Assembly: GCA_905330235.1 (NCBI GenBank)
Contig: CAJNUA010000046.1
Span: forward strand, 386,707-431,596
DNA length: 44,890 nucleotides
Origin: Rotaria sp.
Taxonomy: Eukaryota
Direction: 5' to 3'
Shown here: piece after piece, positions 13,141 through 25,787 of the stretch
Position numbering within the stretch: position 1 is the first letter of the stretch
Layout: every line of letters begins with the position of its first letter
Translations under genes and position numbers: made by a program
Notes under the pieces: generated by a model
Told to the model about the DNA's origin: nothing
Databases searched by the model: none
The model's input: only the letters and a program-made list of their open reading frames with translations

Positions 13141-14104
13141 GCACTTTTTTTTCTTTCTTTTTGTTGTCGCTTCTTTTTTTGTATATTTGTGTGCTAATAT
13201 AGATTCGTATTGACAAATGACAAATAAATGTGTGTGTTTAAAATGTTTTGTTTTCGAGAGACGACAAATGAAATGGTATTATAATGAAGGGTACCTCCCA
13301 CCGTCTTTGTAGACCATTTCTGCTTCTCAACAAGATTGTAATCGATCAGGCTGAAGTTTTTATCACAGATAGAACGCTTAAAATAAGCAGACACTTTCGA
13401 GGACAATAGTATCCTACCATGGAGCCACATTCTGATTCATGAGGATCTCCATCAAGTTTTGTCTGGCTGAGCTGAACAGTTTTTTGGAGATACCTAACAC
13501 TACGTTTTACTGGTAATCTTTGAACTTTTTGTAAACCTTTCTGGGTTTGTTTCATGATAAAAATACGTAAAAGTTCGGAGCTAAAATTAGAGATTTTGCT
13601 CTTTAGAAGCCTATAAATGTGATACGAAAGTCAAGATTGAAAGCGGCTGATTCTATCTCTGGATAATACTTGCAAGTATTTGAAGGAAAAATTTCAGCCT
13701 CATTGATTATATTCTTTTCGAGAACCAGAAGTAGTCAAAAATGAGGGGAGGAGTAGATACCCTTAATATTGATTCAAGTAAAAATTATACGGGATAGGGA
13801 TTGTTTGTATGTTTATTCAAAAAATGAATGGTCTATTGAAAAATTAACTTTGCCATATCAATATTCTTCATACATAAGTAAACGAATCGATTAGCGATAC
13901 ATATTTAATATATAATTGCCTTTGGGTAAATATGAAAATGAGATGAATAAGTGCATAAATATAACCGTGTGTAACTTTTTCATTATTTATTTAATAGGAA
14001 AGAAAACTTAAAATATTATGACCGAAGGACGTAAATTGATTTGATTTATTCTGATTTACAAGCAAGGAAAAAATATGTTTGTATAATCTAACAATACGAT
14101 CATG

Positions 14105-15130
14105 TTAATCCTTTAGTTCATTTTTTTCTCGTTGTGCTTCTAGTTTTTTTGTGACAATATCTACAGGATATTTTAATGCTAATCGTCGAATATCATAACT
14201 AAATTCTTCAAAAGTTTCACGCCATAAACGAGCTTCTTCTGGTGTATAATTATAAAAACCATTAGCATTCAAAATACCTTTTCCACCGGCTTTAACAATA
14301 TCATCGATGAGTTTCGGTATTTCAGTGCCATTATGAAGTGTAGGAAGTAAATCTTTCATAACAGAATGATAAGCTGGAATGCCAGTAAGATCCATCCATC
14401 GAAAGCATCCAACTAATGTCATCCAATAACCAGCATTATTACGACATGCTCGATCAACATCGTCAACAGAAGCATATCCATTTTCGACTAAATAAAAAGC
14501 TTCTCGATATAAAGCATACATGAGACGATTCGTAATAAAACCACGAATATCTTTTCGTACGAGTGTTGGTTCTTTAGCCCAGTGATGTGCAAGTTGATAT
14601 AACCATTCAGCTTTTTTTGGATCACTAGTGTCACCACAAATAACTTCTAAAAATCGTGTTGTATGAGATGGTTCAGCCCAATGTAAGCCGAGAAAACGAC
14701 TTGGTATACGAGTTTCTTGTTGAAGAAGACTAATTGGAATGGCTGATGTATTGCTTGTTATAATCGTATGGTCAGCAACAACATTTTCAATATTTTTATA
14801 TACTTGTCTTTTAATTGTGATATCCTCAAGAGTACATTCAATAACTAAGAAAGTATCCTTGAGACGAGTATAATCTTCGGTAATGGTCAGATTTTTGAAG
14901 TAAAAAGCTGGTTGTTCTAAACAAATTTCTTGTTCGAATGATCGAACAAGATGTTCATGAATACGAGCTTCAGCAGTTTCAAGATCGATTGGAAGTGATG
15001 CGATTGCTACAACTGAATGACCAGCTATTAAAAGACAAGTACTAATACTACAGCCCATAAGACCTAAACCAACCACACCGACTGTTATTTGTGCAGGAAC
15101 AATAGTTGAGATATTTTCTTTGGTATCCAT
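14105..15130 (-). CDS. 3-hydroxyacyl-CoA dehydrogenase family protein (NAD-binding Rossmann + HCDH C-terminal domain), intronless, 341 aa
   Basis: Single ORF from a true ATG. GxGxxG motif VGVVGLGLMGCSIS near the N-terminus, a central ...HWAEPSHTTRFLEVI... segment, and a C-terminal half typical of the 3-hydroxyacyl-CoA / 3-hydroxybutyryl-CoA / L-carnitine dehydrogenase family. Confidence 0.8.
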   Translation of the reverse strand: MDTKENISTIVPAQITVGVVGLGLMGCSISTCLLIAGHSVVAIASLPIDLETAEARIHEHLVRSFEQEICLEQPAFYFKNLTITEDYTRLKDTFLVIECTLEDITIKRQVYKNIENVVADHTIITSNTSAIPISLLQQETRIPSRFLGLHWAEPSHTTRFLEVICGDTSDPKKAEWLYQLAHHWAKEPTLVRKDIRGFITNRLMYALYREAFYLVENGYASVDDVDRACRNNAGYWMTLVGCFRWMDLTGIPAYHSVMKDLLPTLHNGTEIPKLIDDIVKAGGKGILNANGFYNYTPEEARLWRETFEEFSYDIRRLALKYPVDIVTKKLEAQREKNELKD

Positions 15131-16029
15131 TATTATCCGTATGTCGTCCTTTAAAAAGATTTTTTTTTAATGTGACTTATTCAACACGATAGAGTAACTC
15201 AAAGAAAAGAATGACACTTTCGAACGCATAAAATTTTATATGATTATATAATATGTCAGAGAAAGAATGTTTACGGTAGCGGCCCTTAGGTTATCAAATT
15301 CGATAAAAGAAAACATACACACAGAAAAGAACAAAAAACACTTGTGACCAAGTATTACAATGAATATCTAGATAAGAAACAAGCAGAGATACAACATATT
15401 TTCCTTCGTTTCTTCGTTATTTTATATACAATTTGATGATATATTAACACCAGTAATTCAAATGCTCATTGACATCTGACAATGATCTATTTATATTGTA
15501 GGTCTCTGGTGTTTCTCTATCATTCTCTATTATAGATTTGTATCAGATGGGTTTAATTAGTTGGTAGAAAAGAAATTCTTAGTTATTATATTTGATTGAA
15601 AGAATTTAGCAACAGCTGTTTTTTGTTCAAAAAATTGTATCAACAAGCATTTCAGTCCAAAAATATATCGAATTATGAAGTGAAATCTTTCTAGCATACA
15701 TTCTCTTCTGTCGCTACTGACTTATTGGAATATAATTTTTCTTTCATATGAAAAAATAAAACATGATAGTCATTAGATTATAAGTTCTACATGAAGGACT
15801 TTCTAATAATCGTTCAAAAATCCTTCGCTGCGAATCAATCGGTGGGTTAACATACTTTATTAGCATTGAAAAAATGTTACTACATGAAAAACTGTTTTAT
15901 TATAGTGCAAAGCAAATTCTTCTTATTTGTATTTTATCGAAACCATATCAAAGACATTTGTGAAAGTGACTAATTTTGATACAGAATTAAGTAATTGTTT
16001 TTTCTGATTGTTTTGAAACATCTCACCGT

Positions 16030-16899
16030 TTAAGATCTAGGAATAGGTTCGAAGATTAATGATAGTTGTTTACCATCACGATAGAATCCACCATTTTGTA
16101 GTTCATTTTGAGGAGTATTGACTGCGTGCAGAATAGAATTAGCACCTATTTCAGGAGAACGAGCATCAGATGCATTTTGCGTCATATCAGTAGCACAATA
16201 TCCTGGAGTCACTGATATGACCAGTAGATTTTTACTAATTGACCATTCACGTGCTTCTATTTGAGTAAGTGCATTTAATGCTGCTTTAGAAATACCATAA
16301 ATTGGAGTGAATGTTTTATTATGATATCCTAAATCTTCAAGTGTGTTTGTTTCGATAGCTGCAATAAAATCTTCAACTAATTGATCAAGTTCTTTTATTG
16401 TTAATGTTGGTGATATATATTTATCTCGAAGAATAGTTGAAGATTCATACAATGCTATCGCACCTACTTGACTAGAAACATTAATAATACGTCCATTTTT
16501 TCTGATCATTGGAAATAATTGTTCATTGAGTAATTTAATGCCATAATAATGAACAGCAAATGTTTTTCGCGCTGCATCAACAGTGAGATCATTTAACAAA
16601 ATTCCAGCATTATTAATGACTATATCCAATTGTCCACCATATTTTTCTTTAATTTCATTAACCATTTGATTGATACTTTCTATTGATAACATGTCCAATT
16701 GAAGAGGATGAACATTGGACGGAGAACCGAGTTGTTCAAATGCATCTTGACCACGCTTTAAATCTCGACTACCAAGAAGAATAACAGTATTGTTCAATGA
16801 TGATTCGTTTAAAAGTTTTTTTACAACATGAAAACCAATGCCTTTATTAGCACCAGTGACAAGAATCACACGTTGTTGTTTTGTTGACAACATGTCCAA
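16030..16899 (-). CDS. Short-chain dehydrogenase/reductase, carbonyl reductase [NADPH]-like, intronless, 289 aa
   Basis: VTGANKGIGFHVVKKLL cofactor-binding motif, NNAGI, catalytic YGISKAALNAL (YxxxK), and a C-terminal TPGYCATDMT segment as in CBR1-type SDRs. True ATG at 16899. Confidence 0.8.
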   Translation of the reverse strand: MDMLSTKQQRVILVTGANKGIGFHVVKKLLNESSLNNTVILLGSRDLKRGQDAFEQLGSPSNVHPLQLDMLSIESINQMVNEIKEKYGGQLDIVINNAGILLNDLTVDAARKTFAVHYYGIKLLNEQLFPMIRKNGRIINVSSQVGAIALYESSTILRDKYISPTLTIKELDQLVEDFIAAIETNTLEDLGYHNKTFTPIYGISKAALNALTQIEAREWSISKNLLVISVTPGYCATDMTQNASDARSPEIGANSILHAVNTPQNELQNGGFYRDGKQLSLIFEPIPRS

Positions 16900-18849
16900 A
16901 GAAGAACAACTATTAATAATTGATAAGAATAAAGTAAAGTAACTAGTTGCTAATGTAAGAAAGAAAAAACTTTGTCATAAAATGTGAAGCTTTTTATTAT
17001 CAAATATTAGTGAAAGACAAGAAGCATGAAAGTCGTCAATGTATTGTAGATAGTGACTTATCTATATTAGTACAATTATTGGCTGTTGGGTTCAAAGAAG
17101 TATTCGGGTTTTCCTACGCATCTTCTTAAGACATGTCTACATTACATAGTTACGTACTGAGAGAAAACAGCCTCTGACAAATGCAACTTCAAGAAATGAA
17201 CTATTTTCTTGCATCATCAAAACATATGCATATCCGTTAAGATCAGTACAATAAGTGGAAAAGCTTGCTAATGCGGTCCTTTTACATTGGAATGTGGAAC
17301 TGATATGTCTTATTTAGTTTCATTATACTAATACAACATACGCAAAGTCTAAAATCCATAAAAAACCATAGTTCTTTTCCAATAATAACCGATTGTCAGC
17401 AAATAGTCTGCCCTTTTTATTTCTAAATTTTGAACCGATATTTTTTCTTTTTTGTTCGATTCACACTATTGTTTTATTTTGTCTTGTTGCTATTTGCTTG
17501 GTATTTATTTGATTTTTATGTGATCTCATTTTCATACTTTATTATTATTTGCATGACTATTGCTTTAATGGACAAATAAGGCTGTTGTACAAATTCATTA
17601 TATTTACAGCAGATCTTAACCATCTATTATGTACCTCGATGAATTCAGAAAGACTGAAATTGACTACTCTCAAAAGCTACAACTTAATCAGTTCATGATT
17701 TTGTGTGATCATATCATAAGACAATTGTGAGAAATTAAAACATTATCTTTGATATTTACTATGTCATTCGTTTATCTGCACAAAAATCGGAAACTACGTT
17801 ATATAGAATATTGAAAAATGTATTTCAGCTATTTAAATTTTAAGAAAAGTTCTGTAATGTTGTAAAACCTTCTAAACGTTGACACAAAACTTCGATTCAA
17901 ATATACACTCACTACTGTGAACGAAAACACAACGTGAGTTCTACAAAGTTAACCGAAGTATTTAGTTTCTTTTACTTTTTATACAAGACAATTGACTTGA
18001 ATTTTTCTGTTAACTATAGTAAACATTGTCGTTAGATCCATTTCAATGAATTTTATCGACAAATACAAATTATTTCAAGAGTATAAAACAATGGAATAAA
18101 TTTTTCTACCAATATAAGTATCAATAGATGTAATTTAGATGAAATGCATTTTGGCTTTTGATCGAGCATAATAAGGTGTATTAGAAATTTCAGGTTATCC
18201 TCAAAATATGTCCTATATTAAGTCTAATAGAATTCGAAAGTTGTTTACAGATCTTTTTTTTAGAACATGTAGGATTGATTTTAGATTTTGGAAATGCAAC
18301 ATAATACATCTTTTTATCATTTCAACAGTAGAAAGCTTTTCATTTGTCCGCTACATAAAGTTGTAATATTATTATAGAACCCAACAAGTAAGGTGAGGGA
18401 TGCTATAATACTAATAACTCGGGTATCGATATTCAAAATATAGCTATTAGAATGCTCATTTAATAAATTCGCGATACCAATATATCTCTAAACTGGCGGT
18501 TTTTAGTGAATATCGTGTCACGGGATAGATACACGACTTGCTACCCACACACAGTGGGGAGCCAGGCGGACATATGCGAAAATATTCTTTTCCAGAATCT
18601 AACTGTTTGCATAGATACATACATATGTGATCTATTATTTCCTAAAATAGCGGCTCTCAAAGTTTTATAGAGCCCAAGAAAAAAGCCTGTCAAGGCTTGG
18701 GCCCAGAAATCAGTATAAATCAAGAAAGTCAAGTCGCAGAGCATTATAACACAATATTCTAGAAGCAAACAATATCACAAAAAACTTGCTCACCTATGAA
18801 CTTTACGGTGAAAAAAAATTATCGTAATCCAATTTAAAATAGATTAGAA

Positions 18850-19660
18850 AACTCGGAATCCCTATGTCGAAATCCTACTCGAAAACCTACCGTTCCGTAT
18901 GTTAAAAACCCTACGAAGAGATCACATCTAATCGAGCGCATATTTTTACCAGATATTCCTGGATATGTATTCTAACTATGGTGATAGCGCCAGCTCATGA
19001 AATCTGTCCTAGGCTGTTTTAGATGGTGCCCAAAAATCCGAGGTCTCTGGGCGAAAATTCGATTTTACACATCTGTACTAGACTTTGAAGGAAAATTAAG
19101 GTGATATTCGGAATCAGCTCGCCGAGCTGTATTGAACCATATACATACAATACTTTTTAAAACAACTTTTTACCCGTTTTCAAAGCAGATCCAGACCCGA
19201 AACCCTGACGTTTTGGATTTTGAAAACCCTACAAAGGGATAAAGTTCGATCGAGCTGAAATTTTTATCAAGTATTGCTGGATATGTATCCTAAATATGGT
19301 AGTAGCGTCAACTCGTGAAACTGTCCCTAGGCTATTCTGCAGGATTCCCAAAAACCCACGGTTTTCGGTAGGAAATCCGGTTTTAGACTTCCATATTACG
19401 TTTTTACGAAAAACTAAGATGTTATTCGAGATCAACTCGTCAAGCTGCATTAGACTATATATGAAAAACATCGTTTTTGTGCAAGTCAATTTTTGATAGA
19501 ATTTAGCGAAAAACGACCGCTCATAGGTTTTTGGTCGAAAAATTCAGTTTTAGTCATTCATGTTACACTTTGAAGAAAAAAGAAGGTGATATTTGAAATC
19601 AGCGCATTAAACTACTTGGAATGATACGTAGCACTACATAATTTTCAAAAAGAAAATTTT
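18850..19660. repeat. Tandem array of ~310-bp units (about 2.6 copies, ~70% identity)
   Basis: The unit segments ...cccaaaaatccgaggtctctgggcgaaaattcgattttacacatctgtactagactttgaaggaaaattaaggtgatattcggaatcagctcgccgagctgtattgaacca... recur at ~18990, ~19330 and ~19500. Confidence 0.65.
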
Positions 19661-19817
19661 TTGAAAAAATGTTTTTTTAAAAAACTTTTATTTTTCTTAA
19701 AACGGTTTTCTGAGCGGTATACTGTCATTTCTAGTCAAATTAAAGCCATTCCTAAGCAAAAAAGCCGTATGTCCACCTGCTTATGTGAAAGCTCCCCACT
19801 GTGCCCCACATTTATAC

Positions 19818-20000
19818 CTGCACCCGCACCCATACCCATACCTATACCAATACCCAGACCCAAACTCATTGCACACCAACACCCACACCCACACCCAAAC
19901 TCATTGCACACCTATACCAATACCCAGACCCAAACTCATTGCACACCAACACCCACACCCACACCCAAACTCATTGCACACCTAAACCCACATCCACATG
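19818..20000. repeat. CACCCA-type minisatellite containing two 60-bp higher-order copies, ~330 bp upstream of the MVP-1 ATG
   Basis: ataccaatacccagacccaaactcattgcacaccaacacccacacccacacccaaactcattgcacacct repeated twice; source of the spurious Pro/His/Thr-rich ORFs 19661..20050. Confidence 0.8.
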
Positions 20001-20324
20001 CTCGCATAGTTTATCATGATTTTATTATTGTTGGAAATTTTTGCTCTTAACTTCGGGTTTTTACCAATGAATCATCCAAAGTAACTTGCGTTTCATGTCA
20101 ACATTTTGTGAGATGAAAAAAGGTTGGCGTTGTGCAATAACAAGAAGCGAAAAAAAATATCGAGTGGATTTTTCTCTTCCCTCTACAGTGGGAGAAACTT
20201 GCCATCATGCACAAATTACGTCTTCACTTCTTACTACTTTCATTCTTTGATTTTTAGAAGAAGACATTTGTTAACACGCATACATAGTTGTTCAGTATCG
20301 TTCATATATAGGAAAATACTTGAT

Positions 20325-20518
20325 ATGAGTGCGATTTCACCAAGTGCTACCGATGGAAAAAATGCTGCAGGACCCGTCTATCGGATTCCACCTTATTATT
20401 ATATACATGTACTGGACCAGAACACCAATATCACGCGGCTCGAAACCGGTCCGAAGACTTTTATTAAGCAGGACAATGAAACGGTCACGGTGGGCCCAGA
20501 AAAAATGATCACCATTCC
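20325..20518 (+). CDS. MVP: MVP-1 exon 1
   Basis: ATG at 20325; [32 protein letters not shown]...MITIP; donor gtgagt; phase 2. Confidence 0.85.
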
Positions 20519-23414
20519 GTGAGTTTCCTATGCGGTAAGACGAAAAAGTAAAATATTATTTTTTATTTCTATAGCCCGCTACATTATTGTATTGTCGAAT
20601 CGCCAGTTGTACGCAACGAGGAAGGTGAAGTAGAATTCGATCAAAATGGTCAACCGAAATTGGTTCATGCTGATATTGATATTCGTCTGACACAGCCTGA
20701 TCAAACTCCGTTTCCTCTCTATCCAGGAGAAATTCTTCGCCAGGTATAATATTTTTAAAACGTTATTTGCTCGCATTAACCATTATTTATAGTCTGTCAC
20801 GGCACTTACAGTTGTCCCAGCTAATTCAGCACTGCGATTAAAAGCTGTACTCGATTTTGAGGATTTGCATAAGGAACAACGACGAGCCGGTGATGAATGG
20901 ATGTTCGAAGGCCCGGCTACCTACATTCCTCGTAAAGAAGTCAATGTCGAACAACAAATTCAAGCAACTATTATTGGTCCTAATCAAGCCATTCGGCTTT
21001 GTGCTAAAAAGGACCTTACTGATCGATCAGGTCAACATCGTGTCACTGGAGAAGAGTGGCTACTCAAGAAGACTGGTGCCTATTTGCCATTAGCCTATGT
21101 AATTTCTCTAGTATTTGTTTTCGTCGTTACCTGTTCATGTCAATCTTATAGGAAACGGTTGTATCAGTTCAAAATGCCTATGCTTTAACTGAGAAAAAAG
21201 CTCTTCATCTTCGAGCCCTTAAAACTTTCATTGACGATTTTGGTGAACAACGTTTGAATGGAGAAGAATGGCTTGTGACGCATGTTGATACGGAAACCCA
21301 CATTCTCAGTATATACGAAGAACTTGTTGCTGTTGTCGATGCAATCACACTCAACTCACGACAGTACTGTGTCATTCTCAATCCAGTTACCGATGGCAAA
21401 CCACAACTCGGACGAAAGGTCGGTATTTTGTCAAAAGATAAATATAAAAAAATATCGTATAGTTATTTTATTTAGAAATTGGTCGTTGGCGAAATATCAT
21501 TCTTTCTCCAACCAGGCGAAAAACTTTTAAAAGGCATTCAAAACGTTTTCATTTTAGGTGAAGACGAAGGTGTTATTGTCAAATGTAATGAAACATTTGA
21601 GGATGCACAAACAAAGAAAGTACGTATTCCGGGTGAACGATGGATGATTCGAGGGCCAACGTAGGTTACTTTTTCTCTCATTACAGAACATTTTGAATAT
21701 ATAGCTATTGTTTTTGAACTCTTAGTGAATATATTCCACCTACTCAAGTCGAAGTTGTCACTCGACGACAAGCAATTCCATTAGATGAAAATGAAGGCGT
21801 CTATGTTCGCAATATTAAAAGTGGCCGTGTTCGAACAGTAGTTGGTGAAACTTACATGTTAACACATGATGAAGAACTTTGGAACAAAGAATTACCCGAA
21901 CAAATCGAATACTTACTAACCCGTGATCCATTGACTGAACGCTATTCTGCCATGCGTGGAACGGTCTCGGTCAACAGTGGATTGACAACTATTGCCTTAA
22001 ATAGTCAATCGAACAGTTCGACATCACTTACTATCAAACGCGCTAAATGGAAATTGATTACATATCGTGTTCCATATAATGCGGCTGTCCAAATCTATGA
22101 TTACAAATTGAAGAAAGCTCGTATTGTTTTCGGTCCGGAACTTGTCATGCTTGAGCCTGATGAACATTTTACTCTGATTTCTTTAAGTGGTGGTATACCC
22201 AAAAAACCTAATCAAGTTAACTCGCTTTGTTTACTACTCGGTCCGAATTTCTTCACTGATAGCATTGACATTGAGACGGCTGATCATGCTCGTCTCTCCC
22301 TTCAACTTGCTTACAGTAAGTTAAAAACACAGAAAAAACATTTAAAAATGTACATCATTGATTATTCTTTATTTGGCAGACTGGCACTTTGAGGTGAAAG
22401 ACATAAATGATACAAAAGAAGCGGCTAAACTCTTTTCAGTACCTGATTTTGTCGGAGATATATGCAAAGCCATAGCTTCACGTATTCGTGGTGCTGTAGC
22501 TAGCACTCAGTTTGATAATTTTCATAAAAATTCCGCTCACATCATTCGTGAGTCTGTGTTTGGTCTTGATGCGAATCAGTGTGTACGCGATCAAATTATC
22601 TTTCCACAAAATAACCTTGTCATTACATCGATCGACATTCAAAATGTTGAGCCTGTCGATATACGTACGCGTGATGCACTACACAAGAGTGTGCAACTGG
22701 CCATTGAAGTATGAACTTAAATTGTTTGCCTTTTCTGCAATGTTAACAACAATTTCTACTTTAGATAACGACGAATTCGCAAGAAGCCGCTGCTAAACAT
22801 GAAGCTTCACGTCGTGAACAAGAAGCTAGAGGTTCCTTAGAACGACAGCGTATCAAAAATGAAGCTGAAGCCGAAAAGATCCGACAAATACTACTCGAAT
22901 CACAAGCCCTATCAGCGGCGATCGAATTAACTGGTCAAACCAAAGCAGAAGCTTTGAGTCGTGCTGAATCGAAGCGTATTGAAGGCGAAACAGCCGTTCA
23001 TCAAGGTATTTACTTTGCTACATTTATATAATGAAAACTTATTCTTTTTCTCGATCCATTGCAGCACGTCGCAAAGCTGAGGCGACCAAAATCGACGATG
23101 AAGCCGAATTGGCCCATTTGAGATTGATACGCGAAGGTGAAATTAGGTTTTTACGCGAACAAAACGAACTAGAAATTAAGAAAAAAGCCGAATTGTCTCG
23201 AATCGAGACTGAAAAATTTAAATTGCAAGTCGAATCAATCGGTACTTCAACTATTCAAAGTATTGCTACATCGGGTCCTGAGACTCAAGTTAAACTTTTG
23301 CAAGCACTCGGAATACAATCGATGCTTGTTACTGATGGCAAAAGTCCAATCAATCTCATGGACTTCGGTCAAGGTCTACTCGGTGGTCTAACAGACCGTC
23401 ATGTAATTAACTAA
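20325..23414 (+). CDS. MVP: Major vault protein paralog 1, gene span (9 coding exons, ~876 aa)
   Basis: Translation aligns end to end with MVP: [14 protein letters not shown]..., the repeat domains, [33 protein letters not shown], the coiled-coil cap helix, and the C-terminal [20 protein letters not shown]. All splice phases are consistent. Confidence 0.9.
20575..20743 (+). CDS. MVP: MVP-1 exon 2
   Basis: Acceptor atag; [56 protein letters not shown]; donor gtataa. Confidence 0.85.
20793..21098 (+). CDS. MVP: MVP-1 exon 3
   Basis: [50 protein letters not shown]...TGAYLPLAY; donor gtaatt. Confidence 0.85.
21152..21418 (+). CDS. MVP: MVP-1 exon 4
   Basis: [26 protein letters not shown]...[18 protein letters not shown]; donor gtcggt. 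Confidence 0.8.
21476..21660 (+). CDS. MVP: MVP-1 exon 5
   Basis: [32 protein letters not shown]...RWMIRGPT; donor gtaggt; phase 2. Confidence 0.85.
21726..22315 (+). CDS. MVP: MVP-1 exon 6
   Basis: [11 protein letters not shown]...[28 protein letters not shown]...[14 protein letters not shown]; donor gtaagt; phase 1. Confidence 0.85.
22380..22708 (+). CDS. MVP: MVP-1 exon 7
   Basis: [41 protein letters not shown]...SVQLAIE; donor gtatga. Confidence 0.9.
22765..23005 (+). CDS. MVP: MVP-1 exon 8
   Basis: [38 protein letters not shown]...ETAVHQ; phase 1. Confidence 0.85.
23065..23414 (+). CDS. MVP: MVP-1 exon 9 (stop at 23412-23414)
   Basis: [26 protein letters not shown]...[47 protein letters not shown]. 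Confidence 0.9.
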
Positions 23415-25643
23415 TTGCAAAAAATTGCTGATAATTACCCATATTCAAGAACATGCATTAGCAAACAACACATTGTTTTATTGTTTTCATAGAAAAAATT
23501 GCTTCCGATATGTCATATTAGGTTTCCCGGTTGTGATACCCGTGTAGTTTGATTATTGTCTTATTCTTTCATAGATTGTTTGAATATTAAGAAAGAATGA
23601 AAATCATGAACTATATTTTAAATGAACTACTCTTTATGGAGATGGAGACTGCCATTATTGTTCATTCAACGATTTATTAAACTAAAATCGAATTTTCCAG
23701 AAAAGTTCATCTATGTGAATAAAATTTTTACGCCAGATTATTGAAAGATACTTTTAACGAAGAGATATAGTCTTTATTGTGATATATCAACGAGACATAT
23801 CTATATTTGTTAGAGTAGTACTGTAAACCTCTCGCAGTACACATCTGCACAATTTTTACCATAAATTCCTGGATGTGTCATAAGTGTTCAATCATGTATA
23901 ACTTACCCGAAGAGGAGTTCTATGTAATGTGAGAAGAAAATTAAAAGTATCTGTTGATGATTCAAAATGAGATGAAGTTTGCATCTTTCTTTCATGGAAA
24001 GATAATTTCTGTGGCTAATTTGTTCTGTTTGTTTTTGTTTACTTTCAATGTAGCGAAGGTATAAAACATTGATCTGATATCTCAACAAAACTTTTAAAAG
24101 TGCAGTAAAATCAAAAGTCTGATCTTGGAAAAATTGATTTTAATGTTCTCTAGTTACTAGGTTTCAGAAAACCTTTAATGAGAAGATGTGTAATTACTTT
24201 CACAATCTTAAATATTTTAAAACGCAACTTACTGTCTCATAGATGAAGTTCTCAAGAAGTAAATGCAGAGATTGCCAACTTCAGAGTTTTATAATAGGTA
24301 GAACATTTAATATAAGCCCAAATAAAGAAGTTTCTTGATCTAATATGGATATATTCTTCTGTTAGAGTATTTTTCAAAATATGTGATCTCTTTGACAGAA
24401 AAAATAAACGAAACAATGAGCTTTCAGAAAAGAGGTGTAAAGTTCTATGCAATGCGACCCGAGATTGAATTCGGAGAAAACTGAAAAAGAAACTCTTGGA
24501 TTGCAAAATTTGCTAAATAATATTTGATATCGATTATTTATAAGAATTTTGGTATTAAAACTTGAGAGAACGCAGTGAACGGTTATTTTTTGAATCAGTT
24601 CATCTATTTTTATTCAATAAAAAGCGTCAACTTTCAACTGATTGTTGGCTGTAGGATTGGGCTCAAATATGATGAATATAATGGACATTTAATACTCCCA
24701 AGCAATGTAAAGGGGCAATAATGGAAGAGAGTTTGTTAATTGCGAGGTTAACTAAGTGTTTCAGGATATGTTTATTGGGACTATCAATATGATCTTACGA
24801 CGCTGACAATAGAACACTTCGACATCAAAGATATGTCGAAGAAACACGAATTAACGCTATAATTAAATCGAGCCGAATATGATATCGAGTTCTGAATCGA
24901 TTCGAATTACTTCTTTTCTTGGTAATCTTCTCGCATCAAATGAGATTTTTCTTCCTCTTCAACCCACGAGACTTGCTATGATTTTTCTAAAACAACATCA
25001 AGAAAGTCATCTGATTAACTTAGATAGATCGATAAAGTGTTCAACAGTTGAAAAGAACAACTAGGTAAGTTCAAATAAAAGAAGGAAAAATTATTGGAAT
25101 ATATCATGAACCCCTGGTTGATACTCGAAACAAACAAGAAATACTGCAACTCGAGAACCTCAATTTCTTCGCCTGCCTAATTTAGAAATTCGAGTTCGAT
25201 TTTCTATTTCTGATAGAAGGGTATTCTAAATTGAAGAAATCATGAGTAAGAGACGATAAAAGTCTTGCAAGAGTAGCACTTCTAAATAGATTATAAATAG
25301 TTGCTATGGTTAAGTGTTTATATTGTCTGATGGATAAGCCTTGTTGACAATGTGATGGATGTAAATATGATCTAAATAGAAATCTAAGGGAAAACGTGAT
25401 TTTCATATTGGAGTTTTCATAAGATTCGTCTGACTCGAATTATTATTGGCATCTTTGGAAATATATCATCATAGGTAATTAATTTATTGTGTTTATCTCA
25501 AAAGGAAATAGTGATGACGAAAAAAACTAAAGTATCATGAAACAAGTACTTTAGTCTTTTTGGAGAAAAAAAGTCATATGACCATGTATTTCTAAAGTGT
25601 TGTATATTTGAACACCTCAGTCTTTTTCGACCAATTACCACTT

Positions 25644-25787
25644 TTAATTGGTCTTCATGGGAAATGTCCCCTGATGAGAATTCGATGATCCACCAATGAG
25701 ATCAACTGCTGTATTGAAAAGATTGATCGGACTGTGACCATCAGTAATTAATGTTGACTTAATGCCGAGAGCTTGAAGAAGTTTAAC
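25644..25787 (-). CDS. MVP: MVP-2 exon 14 (stop 25644-25646)
   Basis: [47 protein letters not shown]. Confidence 0.85.
   Translation of the reverse strand, partial: VKLLQALGIKSTLITDGHSPINLFNTAVDLIGGSSNSHQGTFPMKTN

Noticed and set aside
19661-20050. ORFs 19661..20050, 39114..39694, 39161..39454, 40147..40581 and 29294..29702 encode Pro/His/Thr-rich low-complexity peptides.
   Set aside because: They lie entirely over CACCCA / TGGGTG minisatellites. Any frame of such repeats is open, and several start at TTG or GTG. This is not coding evidence.
25728-25745. An apparent 1-nt frameshift in the last MVP-2 exon.
   Set aside because: It came from my own mis-transcription of one sequence line. Re-reading gives att act gat ggt cac agt, and the exon is in frame (2550 coding nt in total).
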